From assembly GCA_044226625.1 (NCBI GenBank), contig JBGAGQ010000001.1:128001-192000 (forward strand): 64,000 nt of DNA, read 5' to 3'. The notes beneath the pieces were generated by a model. It was given only the letters and a program-made list of their open reading frames with translations. It was not told where the DNA came from and did no database searches. Shown here piece after piece: positions 38,416 to 47,420 of the stretch (position 1 is the first letter of the stretch; the number at the start of each line of letters is the position of its first letter). Made by a program: the position numbers and the translations under genes. The DNA comes from Thermoanaerobaculia bacterium (GTDB lineage: Bacteria; Acidobacteriota; Thermoanaerobaculia; Multivoradales; UBA5704).

Positions 38416-39993
38416 ATGGAGCATTACGACGTCGTCATCATCGGATCGGGTGCCGGAGGGGGCACTCTGGCTTGGTCGCTCGCGAAGACCGGCAAGAAGA
38501 TCCTGATCCTCGAGCGGGGCGACTACGTGCCGCGCGAAAAAGAGAACTGGAGCACGCGGGCGGTCAACGTCGAGGGGCGTTACAACACGAAGGAAACCTG
38601 GAAGGACTGCAACGGTGAGCCGCTCCACCCGCATACGAACTACTTCGTCGGCGGCAATACGAAGTTCTACGGCGCGGCCCTCTTCCGCCTGCGGCGCGAG
38701 GACTTCGGGGAGCTGCGCCATCACGGCGGGATCTCCCCGGCTTGGCCGGTCGGCTACGACGAGATGGAGCCCTGGTATACGAAGGCCGAACACCTTTATC
38801 AGGTGCATGGCGAGCGCGGCGTCGACCCGACCGAGCCCGACTCATCGGCCCCTTACCTTTATCCCGCGATCCGCCACGAGCCGCGGATCCAGCAGCTCCA
38901 CGACGATTGGGTGAAGATGGGGCATCGCCCGTTCCACGTGCCGCTCGGCGTGCGCCTCGACGAAAAGAATCCTCGCACCTCGCCGTGCATCCGCTGCGAG
39001 ACCTGCGACGGCCACCCTTGCCTGATTGGCGCGAAGTCCGACGCGCAGACGATCTGCGTCGACCCGGCGCTCGCGCATGAGAACGTCACCCTGCTCACCC
39101 GCGCCTACGTCTCCCGCTTGGAGACCGACCCCTCCGGCCGCTCGATCTCCGCCGTCCACGTCGAACGCGAGGCGCCCGACGGCACGATCCGCGAGAGCTT
39201 CTCGGGCGACCTCGTCGTCGTCTCGGCCGGCGCGATCAACTCGGCGGCGCTCCTGCTCCGCTCGGCTTCGGACCGCCATCCGAACGGCCTCGCGAACGGC
39301 TCCGACGTCGTCGGCCGCCATTACATGGGGCACGTCAACTCGGTCCTGATGGCGATCTCCAAATGCCCGAACCCGACGGTGTTCCAAAAGACGCTTGCGT
39401 TGAACGACTTCTACTTCGGCTCGCCGGAGTGGCAGTACCCGATGGGGCACATCTCGTTCGTCGGCAAGCTCGACGCGGTGACGCTATCGGCGGGCGCACC
39501 GCCGTTCGCTCCCGGCTGGACGCTCGACCTCATGGCGCGCCACTCGCTCGACTTCTGGCTCACCTCGGAAGACCTGCCCGACCCGAACAACCGGGTGACG
39601 CTCGACCCGCGGGGCAACATCGTCCTGAGCTACAAGCCGAACAACGAGGAAGGACACAAGCGCCTCACGGCCAAGCTCAAAGAGCTGATGAAGGGCCAGA
39701 CGAAATGCGGCGTCCATGGGCACGAGTGCCACGAAGGGATCTTCTCCCGCAGCCTCTACGCCGGGCAGCGGATTCCCCTCGCCGGTGTCGCGCACCAGAA
39801 TGGCACGATCCGCTTCGGGACCGATCCGAAGACCTCGGCGCTCGACCGCGATTGCAGAGCTCACGAGGTCGAAAACCTTTACGTCGCCGACGGCAGCTTT
39901 TTCCCGTCGAGCGCGGCGGTCAATCCCGCGCTCACCATCATGGCGAACGCCCTGCGCGTGGGTGCGCATCTCGCCGAGCGCCTCGGCGCGTGA
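38416..39993 (+). CDS. GMC family FAD oxidoreductase
   Basis: IIGSGAGGG, LERG, VGGNTKFYG, CIRCETCDG, AGAINSA.LL..S, AHQNGT, NLYVADGS, NPALTIMANA. Confidence 0.93.
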   Translation: MEHYDVVIIGSGAGGGTLAWSLAKTGKKILILERGDYVPREKENWSTRAVNVEGRYNTKETWKDCNGEPLHPHTNYFVGGNTKFYGAALFRLRREDFGELRHHGGISPAWPVGYDEMEPWYTKAEHLYQVHGERGVDPTEPDSSAPYLYPAIRHEPRIQQLHDDWVKMGHRPFHVPLGVRLDEKNPRTSPCIRCETCDGHPCLIGAKSDAQTICVDPALAHENVTLLTRAYVSRLETDPSGRSISAVHVEREAPDGTIRESFSGDLVVVSAGAINSAALLLRSASDRHPNGLANGSDVVGRHYMGHVNSVLMAISKCPNPTVFQKTLALNDFYFGSPEWQYPMGHISFVGKLDAVTLSAGAPPFAPGWTLDLMARHSLDFWLTSEDLPDPNNRVTLDPRGNIVLSYKPNNEEGHKRLTAKLKELMKGQTKCGVHGHECHEGIFSRSLYAGQRIPLAGVAHQNGTIRFGTDPKTSALDRDCRAHEVENLYVADGSFFPSSAAVNPALTIMANALRVGAHLAERLGA

Positions 39994-40004
39994 GGAATCG
40001 AATC

Positions 40005-41057
40005 ATGAAAACTTTTTCTCCCCATCGGCTTTCGAACGCGGTCCGGTTCGCACTCGCCGCCTTTGTTCTCCTCCTTCTTCCGCTCGCGGCCTCGGCCGCG
40101 GCCCCGCCGAGGGTCGGCGCGGTCGGCTTCACCGTCTCCGACCTCGACGCAGAAGTGGCGTTCTTCACCGACACCCTCGGGTTCGAGAAGGTTTCCGAGC
40201 GCGAGGTGATGGGCGACGTCTATGAGAATCTCTTCGGGGTATTCGGTCTCCGCGCGCGGGTGGCCCGGCTTCGGCTCGGCACCGAGGTGGTCGAGCTGAC
40301 CGAGGTCCTCACCCCGCGCGGCCGGGCGATCCCGATCGACGCCAAGAGCAACGACCGATGGTTCCAGCACATCGCGCTCGTCGTCTCCGACATGGACGCG
40401 GCGTACGCGAAGCTGCGGGCGGCCAAGGTCCGGCACGTCTCGACCGCGCCGCAACGGCTGCCCGACTGGAACCCGAACGCCGGAGGAATCCGCGCGTTCT
40501 ACTTCCAGGATCCCGACGGCCACAACCTGGAGGTGATCTGGTATCCGCCCGGCAAGGGGAATCCGCGCTGGCAGGATCGCAGCGCGGAGGATCGGGGCAA
40601 GCTCTTCCTTGGCATCGACCACACGGCGATCGTGGTCTCCGACACCGACGCGAGCCTTGCGTTCTATCGCGACCGGCTCGGGCTTTCGGTCGCCGGCGCG
40701 AGCGACAACTATGGCACCGAGCAGGAGCACCTGAACCAAGTGTTCGGCGCCCACCTGCGAATCACCGCGCTCCGGGGCTCCGGCGGTCCGGGAATCGAAT
40801 TCCTCGAATACCTCACGCCGCGCGGCGGCCGGCCGACGCCGCCCGACCTCGCGGTGAACGACCTCGCGCATTGGCAGACCACCCTGGTACTCCCCGAGCC
40901 CAAAGCGCTGGACGGGCTCGCGGCGCGCTTCGCCGAGGCGCGGGTCCCGTTCGTTTCCCTCGGAATCGTCGGGCTCCCCGAGGCTGAGCTCGGCTTCCAT
41001 CGGGGATTCCAGGTCCTCGACCCGGACGGCCACGCCTTCGCGGTCGTCGAACCGTAA
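40005..41057 (+). CDS. Exported two-domain VOC/glyoxalase family protein
   Basis: Signal peptide; FQHIALVVSD, YFQDPDGHNLE, GIDHTAIVV, IEFLEY, DPDGH. Confidence 0.88.
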   Translation: MKTFSPHRLSNAVRFALAAFVLLLLPLAASAAAPPRVGAVGFTVSDLDAEVAFFTDTLGFEKVSEREVMGDVYENLFGVFGLRARVARLRLGTEVVELTEVLTPRGRAIPIDAKSNDRWFQHIALVVSDMDAAYAKLRAAKVRHVSTAPQRLPDWNPNAGGIRAFYFQDPDGHNLEVIWYPPGKGNPRWQDRSAEDRGKLFLGIDHTAIVVSDTDASLAFYRDRLGLSVAGASDNYGTEQEHLNQVFGAHLRITALRGSGGPGIEFLEYLTPRGGRPTPPDLAVNDLAHWQTTLVLPEPKALDGLAARFAEARVPFVSLGIVGLPEAELGFHRGFQVLDPDGHAFAVVEP

Positions 41058-41095
41058 ACCCATTCCCTAGATACGAACCACGAAAGAGAACCGCG

Positions 41096-41500
41096 ATGAG
41101 CACTCTTACGAAAACCCAGAACCGGATCAGCTGGCTGCTGCAGATCGTCGTGGCCGCGATCCTCGTCCAAACCCTCTATTTCAAATTCACCGGCGCGCCC
41201 GAGTCGGTCTACATCTTCTCGACCCTCGGCCTCGAACCGGTTGGCCGGATCGGCTCCGGCATCGCCGAGCTGATCGCGGCGTTGCTCCTGCTCATCCCGG
41301 GCACCGCGGTCTACGGCGGGCTGATCACCATGGGCGTACTCGCCGGGGCGATCGTCTCCCACCTGACCAAGCTCGGTATCGAAGTTCAAGGAGACGGCGG
41401 ACTGCTGTTCGGCCTCGCTCTCGTCTGCTTCGTGGGCGGCGCGATCGTCGTCTGGCTCCACCGGCGGGAGCTGCCGATCGTCGGGGCGCGATTTCGCTAA
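41096..41500 (+). CDS. DoxX family membrane protein
   Basis: QTLYFKFTG.PES..IF..LG.EP.GRIG.G..E; GAI.SHL; four TM helices. Confidence 0.85.
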   Translation: MSTLTKTQNRISWLLQIVVAAILVQTLYFKFTGAPESVYIFSTLGLEPVGRIGSGIAELIAALLLLIPGTAVYGGLITMGVLAGAIVSHLTKLGIEVQGDGGLLFGLALVCFVGGAIVVWLHRRELPIVGARFR

Positions 41501-42423
41501 CGCCCCGCTCGCGCGTTCCTCTTCAGCCCTTCGAGCTTCGCCCGCTTGAGCGGACTGCCGCGAAAGCGGGCGACGTACTCCTCCCGCCCGAGCGCGAGCA
41601 GGCCCGCGAGGTCGAGCCCGGCCCGCTCGGGGGGGAGACGAAGCTCGGGGTGATCGGCACCCTGCGGCGCGGCGTTCCACGGGCAGACCTCTTGGCAGGC
41701 GTCGCAGCCGAAGACCCAACCGTCGAGGCCTTCCGCGATGCCCGGAGGAAAGTCGCCCCGGTGCTCGATCGTCCAATAGCTGATGCAGCGGTTCGCGTCC
41801 AACCGATAGGGCTCGACGAGCGCCCCGGTCGGACACGCTTCGAGACAGCGGGTACAGCTTCCGCAGAGGTCCGCGAGCGGCAGGTCGGGCGCCAGGTCGA
41901 GCGTCGTGAATACTTCGCCCAGCAGGAACCAGGAGCCCGCCTCCGGGTGGAGCAGAAGGGTGTTCTTGCCGATCGCGCCAAGGCCGGCGCGCGCCGCGAG
42001 CTCGCGTTCGAGCACCGGGGCGGTGTCGATCGCATAGCGCGCCTTGCTGTCGGGAAACTCCGCCTCGATCCGGTCGCAGAGCGGCTTGAGCCGTCTTTTC
42101 ATCAGGTCGTGGTAATCGACGCCACGCGCATAGCGGGCGACGCGCGGCCAGAGGTCTCCCGCCGGCTCCTCCTCCCCGTCGAGCGGCGCGTATTGGAGGG
42201 CAACGCAGACAGCGCTCCGCGCTCCTTCGAAAAACCGCGACGGATCGAGCCGCGCTTCGAGCCGGTTGGCCATCCAGGCCATTCCTGCCTGCTCCCCCCG
42301 CTCGAGCCACCGAACGAGAGCCGGCCCATGCTCGATCGGCTCGAGGCTCGCCACCCCGGCGCGGTCGAATCCGGCGTCGAGCGCCCAGGCCTTGAGCCGC
42401 TCGGCGATCTCGCGCGGCGTCAT
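41497..42423 (-). CDS. queG: tRNA epoxyqueuosine(34) reductase
   Basis: VARYARG.DYH, DTAPVLER, GKN, CGSCTRCLEACPTGA, CISYWTIE, GCDACQEVCPWN; ATG 42423 overlaps the upstream stop. Confidence 0.94.
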   Translation of the reverse strand: MTPREIAERLKAWALDAGFDRAGVASLEPIEHGPALVRWLERGEQAGMAWMANRLEARLDPSRFFEGARSAVCVALQYAPLDGEEEPAGDLWPRVARYARGVDYHDLMKRRLKPLCDRIEAEFPDSKARYAIDTAPVLERELAARAGLGAIGKNTLLLHPEAGSWFLLGEVFTTLDLAPDLPLADLCGSCTRCLEACPTGALVEPYRLDANRCISYWTIEHRGDFPPGIAEGLDGWVFGCDACQEVCPWNAAPQGADHPELRLPPERAGLDLAGLLALGREEYVARFRGSPLKRAKLEGLKRNARAGR

Positions 42424-43346
42424 CCGATCCGCACCCCGAGCGCCCGCCACTCCTCGGCGGCCTTCGGGGGAAGCCCCTCGCCGGTCGGGAAGACTGTGTG
42501 CAGCCGGTCGAACGGCAGGCGAGAGCGGGAGAACGGGACACGCTGGGCGCGCCGTGCGCGCTCGAACAGCTCGACCAGCTCGACCGCGGAGCCGAGATGA
42601 ACAGTCGACCGCCCCCAGGCGGCGCTCGCCGCGCGGGCGGAAGGATCGGGCTCGAACAGGCAGGCGGCCCCGGAGCGAACGGCCCAATCGAGGAACGGCC
42701 GCTCAGCGAGCGCTCGCGACGGGGAGCCGACCACCGCGATCTCCCGCCGGGAAGAGAAAGACGGCGCCGGATTCGCGGCCACAGGGCGCTCGAACCGCTT
42801 CGCCGCCTCGGCGATTTCCTCCGGCGTGGCGATCCGGGCGCATCCGTCCGCTTCGATCAAAGCGCCGCCGTCTCCGTTCCGATCCGGTAGGACGCCGGAT
42901 AGGGTGAGCGGATCGGGCATTTCGACCGTCGGTACGGTCGCGCTCGGCGCGAAACCGGGCAGGGAGACGAACGCCCGTGCGCCGAGGCGCGCGAGCTCGG
43001 GATCGCGCTCGGGTTCAGAATCGAGGGGGCCGACCGGCACCGCGGCGCGGCCGGTCGCCCGGATCGCTAGATCGACGAGCAGGGAGGAGAGGCCCGCGGT
43101 CGCGGGAAAGCCGACCGGCACCCCGGAGGGAAGCCCGGCGAGCCGGCTACCGACACCGCCGACCCGCTCGGCCGTCTCCCGGTAGGAAAGCCAGCGCCAA
43201 TCGAGCCCGCGAACGAAGAAGAGGAACGGCCGCTCCGGCGTTGCGGCCGCCGCCCTCGCGAGCGCGGCAATCATGCCGAGCGGGTCGATCCCGTTGGGCG
43301 CCTCGGGTGCGCTGAGCGCCTCAGGCAACCCGGACTGCCGAGGCAT
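42420..43346 (-). CDS. Hypothetical protein, degenerate AMP-binding-like fold
   Basis: PERPFLFF...WRWLSYRE..ERV resembles acyl-CoA ligase N-termini; no YTSGTTG loop; translationally coupled to queG. Confidence 0.5.
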   Translation of the reverse strand: MPRQSGLPEALSAPEAPNGIDPLGMIAALARAAAATPERPFLFFVRGLDWRWLSYRETAERVGGVGSRLAGLPSGVPVGFPATAGLSSLLVDLAIRATGRAAVPVGPLDSEPERDPELARLGARAFVSLPGFAPSATVPTVEMPDPLTLSGVLPDRNGDGGALIEADGCARIATPEEIAEAAKRFERPVAANPAPSFSSRREIAVVGSPSRALAERPFLDWAVRSGAACLFEPDPSARAASAAWGRSTVHLGSAVELVELFERARRAQRVPFSRSRLPFDRLHTVFPTGEGLPPKAAEEWRALGVRIG

Positions 43347-43365
43347 GGGGCTATCCGTCCGGTGC

Positions 43366-43644
43366 CTACCCGGAGGCCTTCTTCATAGCGGCGGTCATCT
43401 TCGTTTCGATGACGCCGCGCATCATGCTTGCCGGGGGCCCGAGGTGGGCGCGCCCGACCAGCTTGCCCGGTTCGAGGGCGATCGTCCCTTTCGCCCCGGG
43501 GCCCGAGAGGTTGCAGACCTCCCCCTCCCAGGTCCATTTGAGCATGCCGCCGGGGAACTGCGCCTTGAGCGCCGCGTCGAGGGCCGGGCGCACTTCCGAC
43601 ATCGAAGCCTTCTCGGTCGGCGTCTCCAAAGTCATGTCGCTCAT
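43366..43644 (-). CDS. Polyhydroxyalkanoic acid system (PHA_gran_rgn)-like small protein
   Basis: 92 aa; WTWEG....SGPGAKG.I...L.PPASMMRG.IE pattern. Confidence 0.6.
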   Translation of the reverse strand: MSDMTLETPTEKASMSEVRPALDAALKAQFPGGMLKWTWEGEVCNLSGPGAKGTIALEPGKLVGRAHLGPPASMMRGVIETKMTAAMKKASG

Positions 43645-43746
43645 GGCGCGAGACGGTACCACAGGGTGGTCGCTCGGGACCTTCGCGGGAGCCCCGCGAC
43701 CCCGTCGCGTTGACGACGCCTCGGGCGCTTCATAGGATCGACGCCC

Positions 43747-44829
43747 ATGTCTTCGGCAAAAGCGTTTCGAGTGGTCTGCCTCCTCGCGATCCTGGGGGCC
43801 GGCGCGGTGAGTGCCGCGTTCGCCGTGCCAGCGATCGTCCAGGGCCAGGGAGGAGCGCGCCTCCTCCTCGATTCCGGGGCGCTCGTCGACCTCCAGCGGG
43901 CACCCGGCCTCCCCCGGGGGACGACCTTCGAGTCGGCCACCGGAACCGACGCTTCCTGGATCGCGCTCGGCTCCCGCCGGACGGGCGAGCGGCAGCAGCT
44001 GGTCCTCCTCGCCGGGCAAGGGGCCACGGGCACGCCGCGGGTACTCCCCGCGCCTCCCTCCGGGGCTCCGATCCAGGCCCACGCGATCCCTCTACTGGCC
44101 GGGCGGGCGCTCGAAGGGTTGGCCTGGTTCGAGGGGACGGATCAGCGCTCGTTCGCGGTCAAAGCGGCGCGTTACCGAGCCGGACGCTGGACGTCCGTTC
44201 GAACGATCTCGCCTCCGGGACCGGGAAGCCAGCTCGCGTTGACCACAGCACGCCTCTCGGACGGCTCGTACGCGCTCGCCTGGAGCGCTTTCGACGGCGA
44301 GGACGACGAGATCCTCTGGAGCCGCGGGCGAGTCGGGGGCGGCTGGACCGCGCCGCGGCCGGCCGCCGAGGGCAATCGGGTGCCAGACATCACGCCCGCG
44401 CTGGTCGCGACCGGCTCCGGCGTGCTCCTCGCCTGGTGCCGTTTCGACGGCAACGATTACCGGGTCGTGACCGCCACCCTCGCCGGCGAGCGCCTCGACC
44501 ATTGGACGGCGGCGCGAGCGGTCGGCGGCCCGGGGTCGGTCTTCCCGACGCTCGAGCGCTCGGAGGATGCCGTCCGCCTGCTCGCGAAGACCGCTGTGCC
44601 CCGCGGCTGGCTGGCGATCGAGCTCGACGCGCAAGGCCGACCGATGCGCCGCGCCGCGATCTCGACCGCCGGAACCCCGGTGGCCGACCGCACCGACCGG
44701 CCGCGTTTGCTCCCCACCGCGGCCGGCGCCGTTACCTTCCGCTTCGCCGATCTCGGCGAGGACGGCCCCGACAGCCGACGGAAACGTGCGGACCTCGACC
44801 TCTCGGCCCGCTGGAGCGAAGAGCCATGA
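43747..44829 (+). CDS. Hypothetical secreted protein with beta-propeller-like repeats
   Basis: Signal peptide; repeated LAW..FDG.D / W..P units; ATGA coupling to the next gene. Confidence 0.7.
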   Translation: MSSAKAFRVVCLLAILGAGAVSAAFAVPAIVQGQGGARLLLDSGALVDLQRAPGLPRGTTFESATGTDASWIALGSRRTGERQQLVLLAGQGATGTPRVLPAPPSGAPIQAHAIPLLAGRALEGLAWFEGTDQRSFAVKAARYRAGRWTSVRTISPPGPGSQLALTTARLSDGSYALAWSAFDGEDDEILWSRGRVGGGWTAPRPAAEGNRVPDITPALVATGSGVLLAWCRFDGNDYRVVTATLAGERLDHWTAARAVGGPGSVFPTLERSEDAVRLLAKTAVPRGWLAIELDAQGRPMRRAAISTAGTPVADRTDRPRLLPTAAGAVTFRFADLGEDGPDSRRKRADLDLSARWSEEP

Positions 44830-45989
44830 GCCGCGCGGCGCTTCCGATCACCGCGCTCCTCGGCGCGGCGCTGCTGCTGCCTGCTCCCGGCCGAGCGCAG
44901 AATCGCTACATCGCGTTCGGCGACAGCATCACCTTCGGCGTCGGCGACGACTCGACCCGTCCGCGTTCGGAGATGGGCTACCCGGGCCGCCTGGACGAGC
45001 TGCTGGCCACGCGCGGCATTCCGGGCGCGACGGTGATCAACGCGGGCCTGGGCAACGAGGCGACGACCGAGGCGGTGACCCGCATCGACCAGGTGCTGGG
45101 AGACAACCGGGCCGACGTCCTCCTGCTGATGGAAGGGACGAACGACATCAACGCCCAGGTGTCGGTCGAGACCATCACGTTCAACCTCCAACGCATCGCG
45201 ACCAAGGCAGAAGCGGCCGGGCTCCGGGTGATCCACGGCACGATCATCCCCCGGTTGCCGAGCGCCAACCGGGACGGCGACAACCGCATTGCCGCGCAGC
45301 TCGCCGCCTCGCTGCGAAACCTCGCGTGGAGCGAGCGGCGCAGCCTCGCGGATCCGTTCGAGGTCTTCCTCTATCAGACCCCCAACGCGTTCACCACGCT
45401 TTACGTCGGCGGCGACGACAAGCTCCACCCGAACGCCGCCGGCTACGACAAGCTCGCCGAGGTCTGGGCCGACCAGATCGCCGCGATCGACAAGGTGCCG
45501 CCGGTGGTTGGCTCGGTCGCCCCGGCGGACCGGTCCTCGGACGTTCCCGCCGACGTCACCCTCCGGCTCGGCCTGCTCGATTTCGGCAAGGGGATCGATC
45601 TCGCTTCGACCCGGGTGGTCGTCAACGGCCAAGAGGTAGGCGCCCTCGTCTCCGGCGACTCGCAGCGGGCGGAGATCAGCTACCGTCCCACGATGCCGTT
45701 TTCGGGCGTCGTCACATTCGGGTTTCGCTCCCGCGACCTCGCGAACCCCGCCAACACGGTCGACCGCGAGGTGTCGCGGTTCATCATCGCCGGCACCCAG
45801 TTCCTCACCGGCGACATCGACCAGGACGGCCGGGTGGACGGCGAGGACATGATCCTCCTCGCCCTCGCGTTCGGGTCCCGTCGCGGCGAAACCCGCTTCC
45901 TGCGCGCCGCCGACTTCGACGGCAACAGCGTGGTCGACGGCCTCGACCTGGCCGCGCTGTCGGCGAATTTCGGCCAGCGAACGTTCTAG
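44826..45989 (+). CDS. Secreted SGNH/GDSL hydrolase with Ig-like and dockerin-like domains
   Basis: AFGDSIT, NAG, EGTND, DKLHPN; tail GDIDQDGRVDGED...ADFDGNSVVDGLD. Confidence 0.88.
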   Translation: MSRAALPITALLGAALLLPAPGRAQNRYIAFGDSITFGVGDDSTRPRSEMGYPGRLDELLATRGIPGATVINAGLGNEATTEAVTRIDQVLGDNRADVLLLMEGTNDINAQVSVETITFNLQRIATKAEAAGLRVIHGTIIPRLPSANRDGDNRIAAQLAASLRNLAWSERRSLADPFEVFLYQTPNAFTTLYVGGDDKLHPNAAGYDKLAEVWADQIAAIDKVPPVVGSVAPADRSSDVPADVTLRLGLLDFGKGIDLASTRVVVNGQEVGALVSGDSQRAEISYRPTMPFSGVVTFGFRSRDLANPANTVDREVSRFIIAGTQFLTGDIDQDGRVDGEDMILLALAFGSRRGETRFLRAADFDGNSVVDGLDLAALSANFGQRTF

Positions 45990-46031
45990 CCGGGCGCTGC
46001 CGGTCTCCCGACCGATCGCCCGACGGCCCTC

Positions 46032-46436
46032 ATGCCCGGATATTCAGGCACCCCGCTGGTGGGCAAGCTCGGGATCAAACCGGGCGCCCAGGTCTTCCTC
46101 TCCGGCGCGCCGGAGGATTACCTCGCACTCGTCTCCCCCTTGCCCGAAGGGGTGAGCTTCGCCCCGAAGGTCTCGGCGAAAACGGCGTTCGTCCATCACT
46201 TTTCAACCCGCGCAGCCGAGCTGGCCAAAGCGCTCGCCGACTACCGGAAAAAGCTCGGTCCCGAATCGGTGGTCTGGGTCTCGTGGCCGAAGAAGGCGTC
46301 GAAGGTGCCGACCGACATCACCGAGGACTCGATCCGCGAGATCGCCCTGCCGCTCGGCTGGGTAGACGTCAAAGTCTGCGCGGTGACCGACGTCTGGTCG
46401 GGCCTGAAGCTCGTCGTGCGCAAAGAGCTGCGGTAG
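46032..46436 (+). CDS. DUF3052 family protein
   Basis: GYSGTPL..KLGIK...WVSWPKKAS...VDVKVCAV...WSGLK. Confidence 0.85.
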   Translation: MPGYSGTPLVGKLGIKPGAQVFLSGAPEDYLALVSPLPEGVSFAPKVSAKTAFVHHFSTRAAELAKALADYRKKLGPESVVWVSWPKKASKVPTDITEDSIREIALPLGWVDVKVCAVTDVWSGLKLVVRKELR

Positions 46437-46440
46437 GCCT

Positions 46441-47175
46441 TCAGGGCAGCCGGCGCGCCACGAGGTCCTGGCCGTTCTGGCGGAACTTCAACGACCGTAC
46501 GGTACCTTCCCCGTCTCGGACGAACGACACGCGCCATCCCTGGCCCGGCGCGAAGAAGGTCGATGCGTCCTCGGCTTCGAGCGCTTCCTTCTCGAGACCG
46601 GTCGATTGCACGAACAACCGAGCCCCTTCGCGAGTCACCGTGTCGACCAGGCCCGGGGCGTACTCGTAGCGTCCGACGTACGCGTCGAGGATGGACGCCG
46701 CCACGGGAACCGTCGGCGGATCCGAGGGATTGACGACGTCCGCCCCACCGATCAGCTTCCAAGTCCCTTCGCGGTGGAGGTAGGTCTCCGTGCGCCATAG
46801 GTCGAGGTCGAGCCTCTGCGCGCCGATCTCGGTGAATTCGGTGATCCGGTAGCGCGCGATCGCCACCTCGCCGTGAGTCCGGACGCTCCAATCGCGGATC
46901 TCGCCGTAGCCATTGCGGACCGGGGCCGGGCGCGCCAGGATCTCCTTGACCAGCCCCTCACGGGTCGAGCCCGCGCACACACAAACCGGATCCACGTAGC
47001 TCTTCCAGGCCTCGACGTCGCGACGCGCGTAGGCGTCCAGCCGCTCGCGGACCAACTGCCGGAGATTCTCCGCGGAGGGCGCGCTCGGAGCTTTCGCGGC
47101 ACGCAGCGGCAGCGATGGGATCCCCAGGCCAATTCCGAGGCACAAGGTGAGACCGAAACGCCGGATCGTGCTCAT
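46441..47175 (-). CDS. Secreted NTF2/DUF4440-like plus DUF3471-like protein
   Basis: Signal peptide; NTF2-like strand pattern ending TETY....WK; LDAYVGRYE domain. Confidence 0.7.
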   Translation of the reverse strand: MSTIRRFGLTLCLGIGLGIPSLPLRAAKAPSAPSAENLRQLVRERLDAYARRDVEAWKSYVDPVCVCAGSTREGLVKEILARPAPVRNGYGEIRDWSVRTHGEVAIARYRITEFTEIGAQRLDLDLWRTETYLHREGTWKLIGGADVVNPSDPPTVPVAASILDAYVGRYEYAPGLVDTVTREGARLFVQSTGLEKEALEAEDASTFFAPGQGWRVSFVRDGEGTVRSLKFRQNGQDLVARRLP

Positions 47176-47420
47176 CGAACGTCCTCCCAAGTCGCGATCG
47201 AGCCGATCGGAGGTCGGCCGGTCGAGGCGGGAATCCTACGACGGATGCCGTCCGTCCACCGTCCGGCTCCGCCCCTGACTCCTCGACGGCAGGGCCCATC
47301 CCACGCGCCCGAGCGACGCCAGGCCCGCACAGCTCGTAAGTAAAGGCAGAGACCCGACCGGCCGGCGGTATGCGAGGGATTCGCCCCGCGTCCCACCGAG
47401 CCCTCTTTCGAGGATCGAAC

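Noticed and set aside
41054-41080. Fourth ECF-like site before DoxX (GTAAAC...CGAA)
   Set aside because: Lacks the CCGGCATA element and overlaps the upstream stop codon; too weak
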